Positions 26,321 to 44,450 of a stretch of DNA of 64,000 nucleotides are shown piece by piece. The stretch lies in assembly GCF_009914755.1 (NCBI RefSeq), contig NC_060939.1; one strand, given 5' to 3'. Under the pieces are notes generated by a model, which saw only the letters and a program-made list of their open reading frames with translations, ran no database searches and was not told the DNA's origin. The position numbers were made by a program, and so were the translations under genes. The DNA comes from the human T2T-CHM13v2.0 reference genome, Homo sapiens. The number at the start of each line of letters is the position of its first letter. The first letter of the stretch is position 1.

Positions 26321-26779
26321 ACCTGCCCCCTCTGACACAGAAACTTTCATGGAGCTCAGTGAGAACTTTAGGACCAGTGTAGGCACTCTCTGAATTCTTC
26401 TAGATAGCACTGAGCTTGAGTATGGTTGTTGTTTAAGAGTATTTACTGTCTGGGTGATTATTCTGGCTCATTTCATAAGGCTTTTGTCTTGGTGAGAAAG
26501 CACTCACCATCTTCTAGTTGGAAAGCCAAGGTCTTCCAACCTTGGGAAAATCCTGCCTCATTATGCCAAGAGTTACCAAACAGCACAGGAAAATATTATC
26601 ACAGATTTCCTGAAACTGGGTGAGATCATTCAGTTCAAAGCCTGCACAATTCTGTTTCATATGCACTGGGGGCAGAAAAATGTATGATTGGTCCTTAGAG
26701 CTCATTCTCATGGGTGATTCCACCAGTTTCCCAGACTCCAACTTGGGTCTTCCCAGTAGTGTCTGCTACCACCAAAGAC

Positions 26780-27200
26780 AGTAAGGTGCAGTGGAGGGAG
26801 TTCTGAACCAGAACACCTGGTTCACGTTTCAGCTCCAACAACTGTTACAGTTTGTGTGACCTTGAGCAAATCACCCAGCCACTCTGGCCATCTGAAATAT
26901 TATCAGTCAAATGGGGATGCTGATATTTGTGATAATGTTACATAAACATGCCTACCTCAGAGGCTCGCAGTTAGGACCAATGAAGATTCTATATGTGAAA
27001 ACACAGGTTAATATAGAGCACAATAACAGTGATAATAGCTAATACTTCTTTTCTTTTTTTGCCTATGATGTGCCAGGAACCTCATGAGGTGGATCATATT
27101 ATCTGCAATTGCTGGTGAGGAAAAGGAAGGAGAGACTCAGAGAACGAAAATTAGCAGAAGTAGAATTTGAACCTAGGTTTTTAGGTTCAAGATAGGTTTT
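26780..27200. mobile_element. Two adjacent MIRs (+ then -)
   Basis: + copy TGTGTGACCTTGAGCAAATCAC...CCTACCTCAGAGG; - copy TATGATGTGCCAGG...GGTGAGGAAA...GAATTTGAACCTAGG. Confidence 0.65.
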
Positions 27201-27437
27201 TCCAGCTTGTGTACACGAGCTAATGTTGCCCTAAAGGGAGTGAAAATTGATTTTTGAGGGCCAAAAAGTTGCTGTTTTTATATATAAAGTACAGATATAC
27301 ACATCGTACATAAACAGACACATAGTGTATCTGTATCTGTGGTATTACAATCTCATGGGGAGAGTGATTAGAAAAAACAATGTCTAAAACAGGTCTGTAG
27401 GAGGCAATAATGAAGAAAAATTTGAGAAATACTGGTC
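27200..27437. mobile_element. hAT-Charlie-like DNA transposon relic (family not resolved)
   Basis: Ends in AATAATGAAGAAAAATTTGAGAAATACTG, a Charlie-type terminus. Confidence 0.5.
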
Positions 27438-27784
27438 TATCTTCACTCTATCATTCCATTTCCCATAATTAATAAAGATGATCATTGTTACCATGACAAT
27501 TAAGTTTCTGCAGTGGAAGGTTGCATGCTGTATTCAAATATAGTACCTGTGAAGGTGGTGGCCAGTTTAGTTGCCACGGTAGATGATCTAGCTTAGAGGT
27601 CGTGTGCAAAGAATTCAAATACCTTCACATTTAAATTCTAAAGTGTAAAACTTCTGCCAATCAAAATTAGAAGGTAATGTGGCATTAATGCTACTCACTC
27701 TACACCCTGGATACAGGTGCATGGTTAGATCAGTTCATACAAACTAGAGGAGGGAAACACTCACTTAAACATTTTAAATAAGAG

Positions 27785-27862
27785 GGAGGCAAGAAGGATT
27801 GCTTGAGGCCAGGAGTCTGACACCAGCCTAGTCAACACAGTGAGACCTCATCTAAAAAAAAT
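27785..27862 (+). mobile_element. 5'-truncated Alu left arm / FLAM fragment
   Basis: GGATTGCTTGAGGCCAGGAGTCTGACACCAGCCT...GTGAGACCTCATCTAAAAAAAA. Confidence 0.75.
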
Positions 27863-29344
27863 TTTTTTTTAATACTGGGAAAAATAAAAATGATAATTGG
27901 TGCATTTAGAACATTAATACAAATCTGCCTAGATCTGCCACTGGGGATACAGATTGCTTCTTTTCTTTCGGCTACTGAAAAAACTGGAGATTTGTGTGTA
28001 AACTCCAAGTAATATCTGTGAATTAAATAAAAAGGCACTGGCCCATGCCCGGCTTCTTAAACAAATCAGGCTTATTCATGCAACATGCTTCCAGAAATGT
28101 GTTCAAGTCCTGTCACCAGTGATGGCTCGATCAAAGTTATTTGCTCAGGCCATTGCTCGTTGGTCCATTTCAACTTGCTACGTCCTGTAGCCATCTTCCT
28201 CTCTCAGACCTCTTCCCTCGGCATCGCAGCTCCTGACCTCCACTTTGGCCTTAGTGCTCCCTCGGAGACTTCTTGTCATTCCAATCATGGATTCACTCAC
28301 TCATTCACTCACTCATTCATTCATTCCATTCATTGTATTATATACAACAAACTGCGACCTTGTTCCCACCATGAACCAGGCATTCTTTCAGCATGGTAGC
28401 CCTGCCTCTCAGGTCTGAGAGGTCCAACTGTCTGGGCCAGCCTTGTCCAGATTCTCTACTGGACAAAGGGGGCTGGAGAGGAGGGGCATGCAGTCATCAG
28501 AGGCTTCATTTTGTACAAATTGCCTTTGAGGTGTTCTTCTGACTGGAGCACAGCAGGGACGCACGTGCTCACTTGCAACTCTGGGCCAGGCTGGTCCTGA
28601 GGTACCTGTGATAATCAATCCAGTTGCCATAGCGGCCTTAAGTGTTCATTTACCACTATGCGACCTGGAGCAATAATATATTATGCCTTTCGCCAGAGGG
28701 AGCCGTGCCAGCCTCAGCACAGGGCGGCCGTGTCGGCCATCAGTCACCACTCCCCTTCACAACCTTTTGTTCCCCGCTCATTATGGTGAATTATAACAGG
28801 GGGACAGCATATTTTTCAGGAGAGTTTCTCCTGTTAAGTCTGAGAGCTAACTCTTCCCGGGTTGTTCCAAGTCGGCTGTGCTAGCCCTGTACCCCTGCAA
28901 TGTTTATGCACGGGACAGTGGCGTTCACTGGACTTCCCTCTTTTCCCTCCTCTTGCACTTAGAATGGCTGAAAAGCAGTGTGTGTGCACATTTCTACAAG
29001 GCAAGATAAAAAACCACTCCAGTGTATTTACTATAAATATTGGATACTGCATTTTGTTGCACTCTGTCATGTGCCCGAAGGCCTATCCTGGTGGTAAATT
29101 ACATTACAGAACACTAAATAGGCCATCATGTCAGCTTTGAGCCTTGGCATTGCTACTTCAAGATGAGTAGAAGATCACTTCCAAAGTCACACATGGGAGG
29201 ATCAGGGGCCAACACCTCCAACCCTATCAGCATTTTTTGAAAATGTTTCACTCTAATAGTGATGGTGAACATTCTAAGATCCTAAAAATTAGAGGCTGGG
29301 TCACAAGATTAGATCACTGAAAGAAATTAAAGATAAAATTGTTG

Positions 29345-30079
<735 letters not shown>

Positions 30080-31294
30080 TCAGTGGAAGAAAAGGAAAAC
30101 AAATGTTGACCAAGGCAAATGGCCATGATTTTTCTCCTATGTGATAGCAGACCTGCAAGAAAGAAGTGGTATTGTATAGAAAAACAAGTTATACTCATTA
30201 GACAAAATCAAATGAGCCAACTTTGTGAACCTAAGCTTGGAGACACCAAACACTTCATAATTTTTATGGCATGGTGATAAGCTATTACATATACCAACCC
30301 TGGGATGGAAAAGCCTTGTCAGTTGCAGTTCAACCTCTGGTTAATTCAAGCTGGGTCTAAAAGGCACTAAATTGAGTGTGGTTTCACTTCCTTGGACTTC
30401 AGGTTCCTTGTCCTTGAAGTGGAAGGGTTGGATGAAATGGTTGTTAAAGCTTCAAAATGATACAACTGTGCCAGTCTTTGCTCAACTCCAAGCTCTTTAA
30501 TGTGTTGGCGTCTCGCGATTCCATTTAGCTATTAGGACCCCAGGGCCAAATCTGGCTTGTCCCAATGTCATTGTTCTACAGAACCGGGTGAAGGGGCCTA
30601 AGATACTTGGAGGAAAGTCTACCAGTGCCATGGTCAACAGTGGGCCCTCCCAATGAGACAGCCTCGGGCTGAGTTCCCTGTCTGGACACAGCAGCCAGTT
30701 TCTATGATGCTTTCACCCAGAGGTGTTCTTGGAAGATCTCCAGTGTACTTTATTTTTAGTTCCTTGGTGAGTGCTCACTTTGTATTCTAAGAAAACTTTT
30801 AGATCTCAAGACAAGGAATTTTTGATCTCACTTTTTTACGCAATTATGAGTCATTCCACATGTTAGCATTAGCAACCCAAGACCTCCCTCTCCTCACTGA
30901 TCTATCTTTTTCATCTCTTCAAAGATCCTGGAGGTAAGGAAGGGTTTTAAATGTTTGCCCTTGAAAAGAAAAGACGTGCAAACCGGAAACTGGTGACTAG
31001 CACTGCTGTTGTTACCAAGAAATAGTTTTTTAAAAGCAGACATTTTAGGAAGATAATTGTTGATCTTTGCATTACCCACCAGTCCAGTGAGCAGGCAAAT
31101 CTCCTATGCATAAAATCTGCTAAGTCTTCAAGCAAACTCACCTTTCCTAAAGGATTGAATTAAAACTTAATCCATAATATCTTCGGAAGATTCCCCCTAA
31201 TTTTTTAAAAACATGGAATTTTTTTTTTCATGTGATAGATCTGGTTGAAAACCAAAATATCAGCAAAAGCCACAGCTCATCATAAACGTAACTA

Positions 31295-31480
31295 TCTATG
31301 GAGCCCTTACATAATGGTCAGCTACTGTGCACACAGTAGATCTTTCAGACCTTACAACTAGATGTGGAAACTGAGTCTTAGTGAGTTTATGTCTCAAGGC
31401 CAAGGCTGCCTCGCCTGTAAACAGCAGAGCTGGGATATACACCCTTATCAGACCAAATCCCAAATCAGTGCTCTTCCCCC
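31295..31480 (-). mobile_element. MIR
   Basis: GATGTGGAAACTGAGTCTTAG...CAAGGCCAAGG...CAGAGCTGGGAT. Confidence 0.55.
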
Positions 31481-32643
31481 TAGTGCTTATTGTCAAATTC
31501 TGGTTTGTCAAATTGTCAAACCAGAACCAGGTTTCCGTTTTACGTTTCTATTCATAAGGCGAATTATGTGTGTTAAGCAAGATGTTCGGCAATTATTTGC
31601 CCATGGATGAAAAGGTGTATGCTTAGGTTTCTTGTATCTTATACTTTGCTTCACATTAGGGATGTAGCCTCAGGCACACATTCATGTGAGCAGTGACCTG
31701 TAATCAGTTTATAAGATTATCACTTAAAAGAATTTTCCTGTTACTGATGATACTTAGAGATTGGCTGTTAGAATGCTGTGTGAATGTTATATGCATATAC
31801 ATACGAACATGTTTTCTCTTTATCCTTGATCTTCCTATCCTCCTTCAAAACAAACACCGTCTTTAATCTTTAGGTTTATGTGCAAAAGTGATAATGCAGA
31901 CATACCCTGGGATGGAGGTGGGGAGGACACAGGCAACTGGGCATAAGGAGAGATAATAAGACACAATTCCAAGGCTGGCCTTTGCTGGCCTTACACATTC
32001 TGGAACAAATAAAGCTAACAATATTATCAAGCCCACGAAGCCCTGTTAGAGTTGAAATTGCAGCTCACTGAAGGTCAAATTTATTAGATTTTCTTTTCTG
32101 CCTTCATAGAATGGTTGAATAACAACTTCCTATTTTTAGCATGAACTCTCCTTTGTAATTGCTTCACCCAAATCAAGAAAGCTGGAGTCAGGGTACCTGT
32201 ATCCATCTTTGCTGGCATCATGTTCTAAATCAAGTCCAAGTAGCTATGCATAGTAGCATCTTCTTATTTTGAGACTTGGCCCTTCAACTAGTGGTTTAGA
32301 AAGAAAGGTGACTTTGCTAGGATGCTGGGGCAAAAACCAGGGTGCTGAGGAAGACTGCCAGGTTCTGCAGGACATTTTAAAAGTACACTGTCAGGTTTGG
32401 GGTTTAACCTCTCACATGTCTTTCTTAATTTTTTTTTTTTTTCACTTTTAAAGTTAGCTTAGGAACGTCAATTCTGATTCTATTCAATCTTGTTCTGGCT
32501 CTTGTAGTCACTCTTCTGAGGCACTCTTGTTCTTTGCTGTATCAAGGTCATACTTAAAAAGAGATGTTATTTCTTGATCAGGGTTTTGAGAGGATTACAT
32601 TTTCAATGTGAAGGTTCAGCCACTGTTTTAGAGGACTGTACTA

Positions 32644-33117
<474 letters not shown>

Positions 33118-33264
33118 TCACTTCTATTAACTAAACAAACCATAAAATGGAGGCCTTTTGCCATAGTCAGTCAGTCGTCCATTATCATGACAGGAAAAAT
33201 CACACATATGCTCTCATATGAGTTGTCCATCTGTCAAAGAATTTGTATAAACCGAAGAACAGTA

Positions 33265-33438
33265 ACATGCACTGAAGATGAAAAGCACCTGGGGAGCTTT
33301 AAAAATTCCTGAGGCCCAGGCCACCCTGGTCCCACCTGGGAAGTCTGATGTAACTGGTCTGAGATGGAGCATGGGCATCAGTATAATTTAAAAGCCCCAG
33401 GAAGATCCTCCCATGCAACTAGAGCTAGAACCACTGGT
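33265..33438. mobile_element. MER5-family element
   Basis: CACCTGGGGAGCTTTAAAAATTCCTGAGGCCCAGGCC...GGGCATCAGTAT...AGAACCACTG. Confidence 0.75.
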
Positions 33439-33515
33439 CTAGACCCAGTTGGCCACAGTGAACACTGTACTAAGGGCCAGGGACTCTGCACAAACTGCCT
33501 TAATGGGTGGAGTTA

Positions 33516-33953
<438 letters not shown>

Positions 33954-35351
33954 TTAAAACTGCACCCCAGACTCCTGTGGTTGAGATGCTGCATGCCCAA
34001 CGTGGTCTGACTTCCCACTGACTGACCTAGGCATAGCACCAGGTGGAGCATGCAGACATATCAAGGTTTCCATAGGGTCCACAGCTCAGAGATATAACAG
34101 ATGCCCGATAGGAGCAAAATGAAAGATTGAAACAAAAACAAACAGCCCACTTTGGTTTTAGAGCAGAGAAAGCTAGGAGCTGATTGGCTTAAGAGCAGAA
34201 AGGAGGAAGGCTATAGTTTAATATACCCAGCAAATCCAGCAATATGGGGCTGGACCACCCCATATAGATAACCTATAAAATATAATTTCCCTCCCCACCC
34301 TCTCTCTGAAAATCCAAACTCATGATCACATAAACTGCACAAATCATGGGAAAGAACAGGAACTCTCATCTCTCTTTTTAAAGGAAAATATGTATTCCAC
34401 GGTTCCTGTTGGCACGAGCTGGACATTACAGGGCTGATATCTCTGGGGACAAGGCACAGTGCTGGCTTCTTGCATGGAGGCAAGTGGTGCCAACTGGCCA
34501 GCATACCAGGTTGGCTCTCTTCCAGGACACAGTGGCTTGCATGAGCTCCCGTCAGGGGAAACGTTGTTATATCATGGCTGCTGCAGACAAGAAGATGATG
34601 GAAAGGATAAGGCTCTCCAGGCTACAACTACCGAGAACAGTGCTTGTTAGAAAAAATACTTTTCACCATTAGGGGAGGAAAACGGCTCTTTCTCCAAATT
34701 CCTCCCATTTGCTCCCCATCCCTGCCATGCATAACAATATGTTCCATTCAGAAGTAGTGTTAGACATAAAGGATTGCAGACAAAACTGTACTTTGGAAAA
34801 GGGAAAATAATTGGTTCACTCAAGGGGCACTTTTTTGGCAAACCCAAGGCAACTCACAATGGTACATATGCTTGTCTATCCCAGTGCACATGATGAGACC
34901 TGAAATCGAGAGGTCACTTCTGTTTGTGGGAAAGCCAGGATCACTTAATTGGCCAGAAGAGCCAGAAGCAAGCTAACCTATCAACCTAGCTTTTAATCTA
35001 TAAGGCAGAATCTATTCCCTGACTTTTTCACACAGGTGATGATGCTCATAAGTTCTCCCAGCAGCTGGGCAGACTGACGAGTCAGGAATGTACCAGGTTC
35101 CCCACCCTGAGTTCAGGCTGGGCTCACTCTAGCACTCAGGTGGGTTATATGCAGGAGAAACCAAGGAACCTCCAGGAAGAAGATGCATTCCAAGGGGAGA
35201 GTGAAGCCAAGTGCACCTTTCTGAATCAAAGATAATGAGCCAGGATCAGCGGGTGTGCTGAGGGTGATTCCGCACAGCGTCCCCCACCCTGAGTGTCCTA
35301 TGTCCCATGGGAGAGCAGCTGCAATTGCATGGATGAATAAAACCAAAATGA

Positions 35352-36790
35352 CTCCGACTCCCTCTCCCTCTCCCTCTCTCTCCCTCCTTCTCCCCACGGT
35401 CTCCCTCTCCCTCTCTTTCCAGGGTCTCCCTCTGATGACGAGCCGAAGCGGGACTGTACTGCCGCCATCTCTGCTCACTGCAACCTCCCTGCCTGATTCT
35501 TCTGCCTCAGCCTGCCGAGTGCCTGCGATTGCAGGCGCGCGCCGCCACGCCTGACTGGTTTTCGTATTTTTTTGGTGGAGACGGGGTTTCGCTTTGTTGG
35601 CCGGGCTGGTCTCCAGCTCCTAACCGGGAGTGATCTGCCAGCTTCGGCCTCCCGAGTTGCCGGGATTGCAGACGGAGTCTCATTCACTCAGTGCTCAATG
35701 TTGCCCAGGCTGGAGTGCAGTGGCGTGATCTCGGGTAGCTACAACCTCCACCTCCCAGCCGCCTGCCTTGGCTTCCCAAAGTGCCCAGATTGCAGCCTCT
35801 GCCCAGCCGCCACCCCGTCTGGGAAGTGAGGAGCGTCTCTGCCTGGCTGCCCATCGTCTGGGATGTGAGGAGCCCCTCTGCCCGGCTGCCCAGTCTGGGA
35901 AGTGAGGAGCACCTCTTCCCGGCCACCATCCCGTCTAGGAAGTGAGGAGCGTCTCTGCCTGGCCGCCCATCGTCTGAGATGTGGGGAGCGCCTCTGCCCC
36001 GCCGCCCCGTCTGGGATGTGAGGAGCGCCTCTGCCCGGCCCCGACCCCGTCTGGGAGGTGAGGAGCGTCTCTGCCCCGCCGCCCTCTCTGAGAAGTGAGG
36101 AGCCCCTCCGTCCGGCAGCCGCCCCTTCCGCGAGGGAGGTGGGGGGCCAGCCCCCGCCCGGCCAGCCGCCCTGTCCGGGAGGGAGGTGGGGGGGTCAGCC
36201 CCCACCCGGCCAGCCCCTTCTGGGAAGTGAGGAGCCCCTCTGCCCAGCCGCCACCCCGTCTGGGAGGTGTACCCAACAGCTCATTGAGAACGGGCCATGA
36301 TGACGATGGCGGTTTTGTCGAATAGAAAAGGGGGAAATGTGGGGAAAAGATAGAGAAATCAGATTGTTGCTGTGTCTGTGTGGAAAGAGGTAGACATAGG
36401 AGACTCCATTTTGTTCTGTACTGGGAAAAATTCTTCTGCCTTGGGATGCTGTTGATCTTTGACCTTACCCCCAACCCGGTGCTCTCTGAAACATGTGCTG
36501 TGTCCACTCAGGGTTAAATGGATTAAGGGCGGTGCAAGATGTGCTTTGTTGAACAGATGCTTGAAGGCAGCATGCTCGTTAAGAGTCATCACCACTCCCT
36601 AATCTCAAGTACCCAGGGACACAAACACTGCGGAAGGCCCCAGGGTCCTCTGCCTAGGAAAACCAGAGATCTTTGTTCACTTGTTTATCTGCTGACCTTC
36701 CCTCCACTATTGTCCTATGACCCTGCCAAATCCCCCTCTTCGAGAAACACCCAAGAATGATCAATAAAAAAAAAAAAAAAAAAAAAAAAA
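35352..36790 (+). mobile_element. SVA retrotransposon (SVA_B/C-like), full structure, short VNTR
   Basis: Short CCCTCT head (about 35360-35415), antisense Alu-like region (to about 35800), GC-rich VNTR (about 35800-36270), SINE-R (about 36270-36768), AATAAA at 36763-36768 fused to poly(A). Short TSD AAAATGA at 35345-35351 and 36787-36793. Confidence 0.97.
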
Positions 36791-37609
36791 TGAAACAAAA
36801 AAGGGCCGTTTTCCAGAAGTCATGGGTAGCACCTGGCTAGTGCAAAGTGCAGTCTTGGGTGCTGTGCTGCCTGCAGCCTCCGCAGTGGGAGATGGTACCT
36901 AAACAAGGTATTGGGAAGAGTTGCAGCAGTAATGGCATCATTAACAGGCAGGGCATGGGGCCTTGGGGCCTCAGGGGCAGCTATTTGTGGGCATCAGAAG
37001 TGGCATTAGTGCTATCCACAGACAACAACACCACCCCTATGGCCACCTGTGGGCATCTATAGGGGTGGATGATGCCTTGATGATTTCCTTGGATGTCATG
37101 GCTAAGCCATTGTTTTTTGGCAGCTGCAGCTTCTGAAGATGTTACTGAGAGCCACAGAGAAAGTGAAGACGGCTAAGACAACCAGGTCATGCGAGACATG
37201 CCCAAGACGCCCAGATTGCTTAAAAGACATTTGGGAAAGGGAGCATTTAAAGTTCTTTCCAGAGGATGGATGGGGACAAAACTACCTGGAGAGCCTATTT
37301 TTTATTCCCAGGCAAATATGACTGAAAAAAAAAAAATCACAGGTGTTAAAGAAGAAAAATAAAATTGGATGAAAAAATGTCTCTGCTTTTTCTGGTGATG
37401 CAAATACAAGGCATCATCCATTTACAAGAAATAAATACATTTTTTCTTTCCACTCCAAAATGCCAACATTTACAAATGAGTTACAGAAGTCACTTCTGGA
37501 AGGCAAAATACTCTCCATGGTTCATTTCCTCAGTCACTCAACAAATAGTAACTAAAAATAGATGAAGTTCCCAGCTAGTGCAAATGTCTGTCAGGGATAA
37601 GTAACAACA

Positions 37610-37830
37610 GAAACAACAATATATAATTTATGCCAGACTTTTTTACATGAGCAACCTCATCTAACACTTATGACCCTACTGTGACAAGTACCATTTTCTC
37701 CTATTTTAAAGATGAAAAAACTGAGGCTTAGACAAGTTATGTGACTTGGTGAAGATAATAGAAATATTAAGGGAAAGAACAAGGTCACACATTTGGATCT
37801 TCCAATTCTAGCCCTAGATTCTTCCCATCC
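37610..37830 (-). mobile_element. MIR
   Basis: CTCATCTAACAC...CTATTTTAAAGATGAAAAAACTGAGGCTTAGACAAGTTATGTGACTTG. Confidence 0.7.
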
Positions 37831-39045
37831 CCCACAACAAATATAAGATACGGTCCTATTCTCTGCTTTCAAGAAACAGACACAAACCCATTAAAGAACT
37901 AGAAACTAGAACCTGTTTCTATTCTCTCCTGGTTCTAAAGGATGGATGCAGAAGAGACTGATAGTTCAGGCAGGAGAGGAATCAATGGAAGCTGGAATTG
38001 TCAAGGAGTTGTTCCAGAGCAGGAGAGATATAAGGATCTGAACAGGCAAACAGGAAACAGGCAGAGTTGAGTAGAAGTATATTCTGAGCGGTGGACAAGA
38101 TGAAGAAATATGAGCTTTCTTCCTAAGGTGTGCTGGAGTGATGAGATACAGCACAGTAGTGGTGTCCAGTCCTGCATTCTTTCCTTCCCCAACATCTCTG
38201 AAGCACCTAGCATGCACCAGGCACCTTGTTACACCCAGTAGCACACACCCCCTATGACATGGCCCCTTCCCCGTGAAGCTCACAGCCTAACGTGTTGAGG
38301 CAGCTGAACCCCACGTGATTCCCAGCCCAGCCAAACTGTCTCCTACTATCCATGATGAAAACATCAGAAGTTGCCAGGCCAAATCTTGCTTGGCTTCTCA
38401 AATCAGGCTGTTTATCAGCACTGCTTCACACAGATAAAACCTCTCAATATGGAGCTAAAGTGGAAAAAAACTCAGCACGTAAAAATAAACTGCCCAAATC
38501 GTGTTCCCTCCCCACTCCATTCAGCGCCCAGTATCACTACACACGTGAAAATGCCACACAGCCCTGGACCCGAGCAGCAGAGCAGCTGCTGTGTGTGGAC
38601 ACAAAGTACAACTCAGAGCCCTCTCCACTTCTGCTCCAATTGTCGTAGCCTCGTCTGAACTCTGAGCTGGACACTCCACTGCAGGATACAGAGCATGAAT
38701 TGAGAGAAAGCTTCCTAACCTTCATATTGTCAACTGGTGTCTTGCTGCATTTGCCACAGATCCCATAGTGTGGTGTTAGAAATGGTGTTGACACACTCCC
38801 ACATATCTTTAGCATTACATTTCCCATGTTGCTCCTCCTTATATCTTTATCTGCACTTGGTTTATAAGTGAAATCAACTGATAAGGCTTCCATTTCATAC
38901 CATCTGTTATGTGTCACCAACGCTGGTTTTGTAAAAGAGATGAGAAGGATCTAAGACTATTGAAACTTTCACAGTCATTTCCAGCTCGGTAGGCTAGAAA
39001 CTGAATCTTAAAGAGTCACTGGACATACTCAAAGAAGAACTTCCC

Positions 39046-39426
39046 ACTCCAAGACACATAATTGTCAGATTCACCAAAGTTGAAATGAAGGAAAAAATGT
39101 TAAGGGCAGCCAGAGAGAAAGGTCGGGTTACCCTCAAAGGGAAGCCCATCAGACTAACAGCGGATCTCTCGGCAGAAACCCTACAAGCCAGAAGAGAGTG
39201 GGGGCCAATATTCAACATTCTTAAAGACAAGAATTTACAACCCAGAATTTCATATCCAGCCAAACTAAGCTTCATAAGTGAAGGAGAAATAAAACACTTT
39301 ACAGACAAGCAAATGCTGAGAGATTTTGTCACCACCAGGCCTGCCCTAAAAGAGCTCCTGAAGGAAGCGCTAAACATGGAAAGGAACAACCGGTACCAGC
39401 CGCTGCAAAATCATGCCAAAATGTAA
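39046..39426 (+). pseudogene. L1 ORF1p C-terminal remnant (about aa 213-338)
   Basis: In-frame TPRHIIVRFTKVEMKEK...REKG...ARR...YPAKLS...HAKM*; 5' part and promoter are missing. Confidence 0.95.
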
Positions 39427-39489
39427 AGACCATCGAGACTAGGAAGAAACTGCATCAACTAACGAGCAAAATAACCAGCTAACATCATA

Positions 39490-43317
<3,828 letters not shown>

Positions 43318-43787
43318 ACAATGAGATCACATGGACACAGGAAGGGGAATATCACACTCTGGGGACGGTGGTGGGGTGGGGGGTGGGGGGAGGGATAGCA
43401 TTGGGAGATATACCTAATGCTAGATGACGAGTTAGTGGGTGCAGCGCACCAGCATGGCACATATATACATATGTAACTAACCTGCACAATGTGCACATGT
43501 ACCCTAAAACTTAAAGTATAAAAAAAAAAAAAAAGAACTTCCCATAAATGTGAGATGGGAGTAAAATCTTTACAAGTGGATGGTGAAAGCAATTGTCTTA
43601 TGGAGGTCTGTCTTATGGAGGAGTGCCCTGTTTGGGCCCCAGTGGATTTGGTATTCATCACCTATTGACCTATGTGGGGTTTCTACTGGATTTAACAAAA
43701 GTGAAAGAAGCCTGTTGCCAAAAACTTCAAGGGCAAATTCTATTAAACCTTGAAGTTTCAAGTGAAATGCCAAATCTTCTTGAACTA

Positions 43788-43834
43788 TTAGGTTGTTGCA
43801 AAAGTAATTACGGTTTTTGCCATTAAAATTAATG
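43788..43834 (+). mobile_element. MADE1 (Hsmar1 MITE), single-TIR half copy
   Basis: TA followed by TTAGGTTGTTGCAAAAGTAATTACGGTTTTTGCCATTA matches the MADE1 TIR; the second TIR is absent. Confidence 0.85.
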
Positions 43835-44101
43835 ATTCCCTAGACTCCAAGACCAGTTATTTCTGCTGAGCTCTCCAAGCACTTGAAGGGCCTCATTCAG
43901 CTCTCATTACATTCTGGGCAGATGGTGAGCTTCTTGAGGGCATGGACTTGCTTTATTCCTCTTTGCAGTCATCCAGTAATGACAGACTGGATGACTCAAT
44001 ACATACTTACTGAGGAAAACTGGGCATTTTTCTCCAGTTATGTGTTGCTTTGACTTACCACATTAACATGGGTTTTGTATCTTTTTAAAAATCCATCTTA
44101 A

Positions 44102-44450
<349 letters not shown>

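Noticed and set aside
35113-36760. Long GC-rich ORFs of 173 and 190 aa on the minus strand, and apparent CpG island
   Set aside because: These are the SVA VNTR/SINE-R; open frames arise from low stop-codon density.
38537-38920. 127-aa minus-strand ORF in unique-looking DNA
   Set aside because: Non-ATG start, no recognisable domain and no convincing splice boundaries; the length is within chance expectation.
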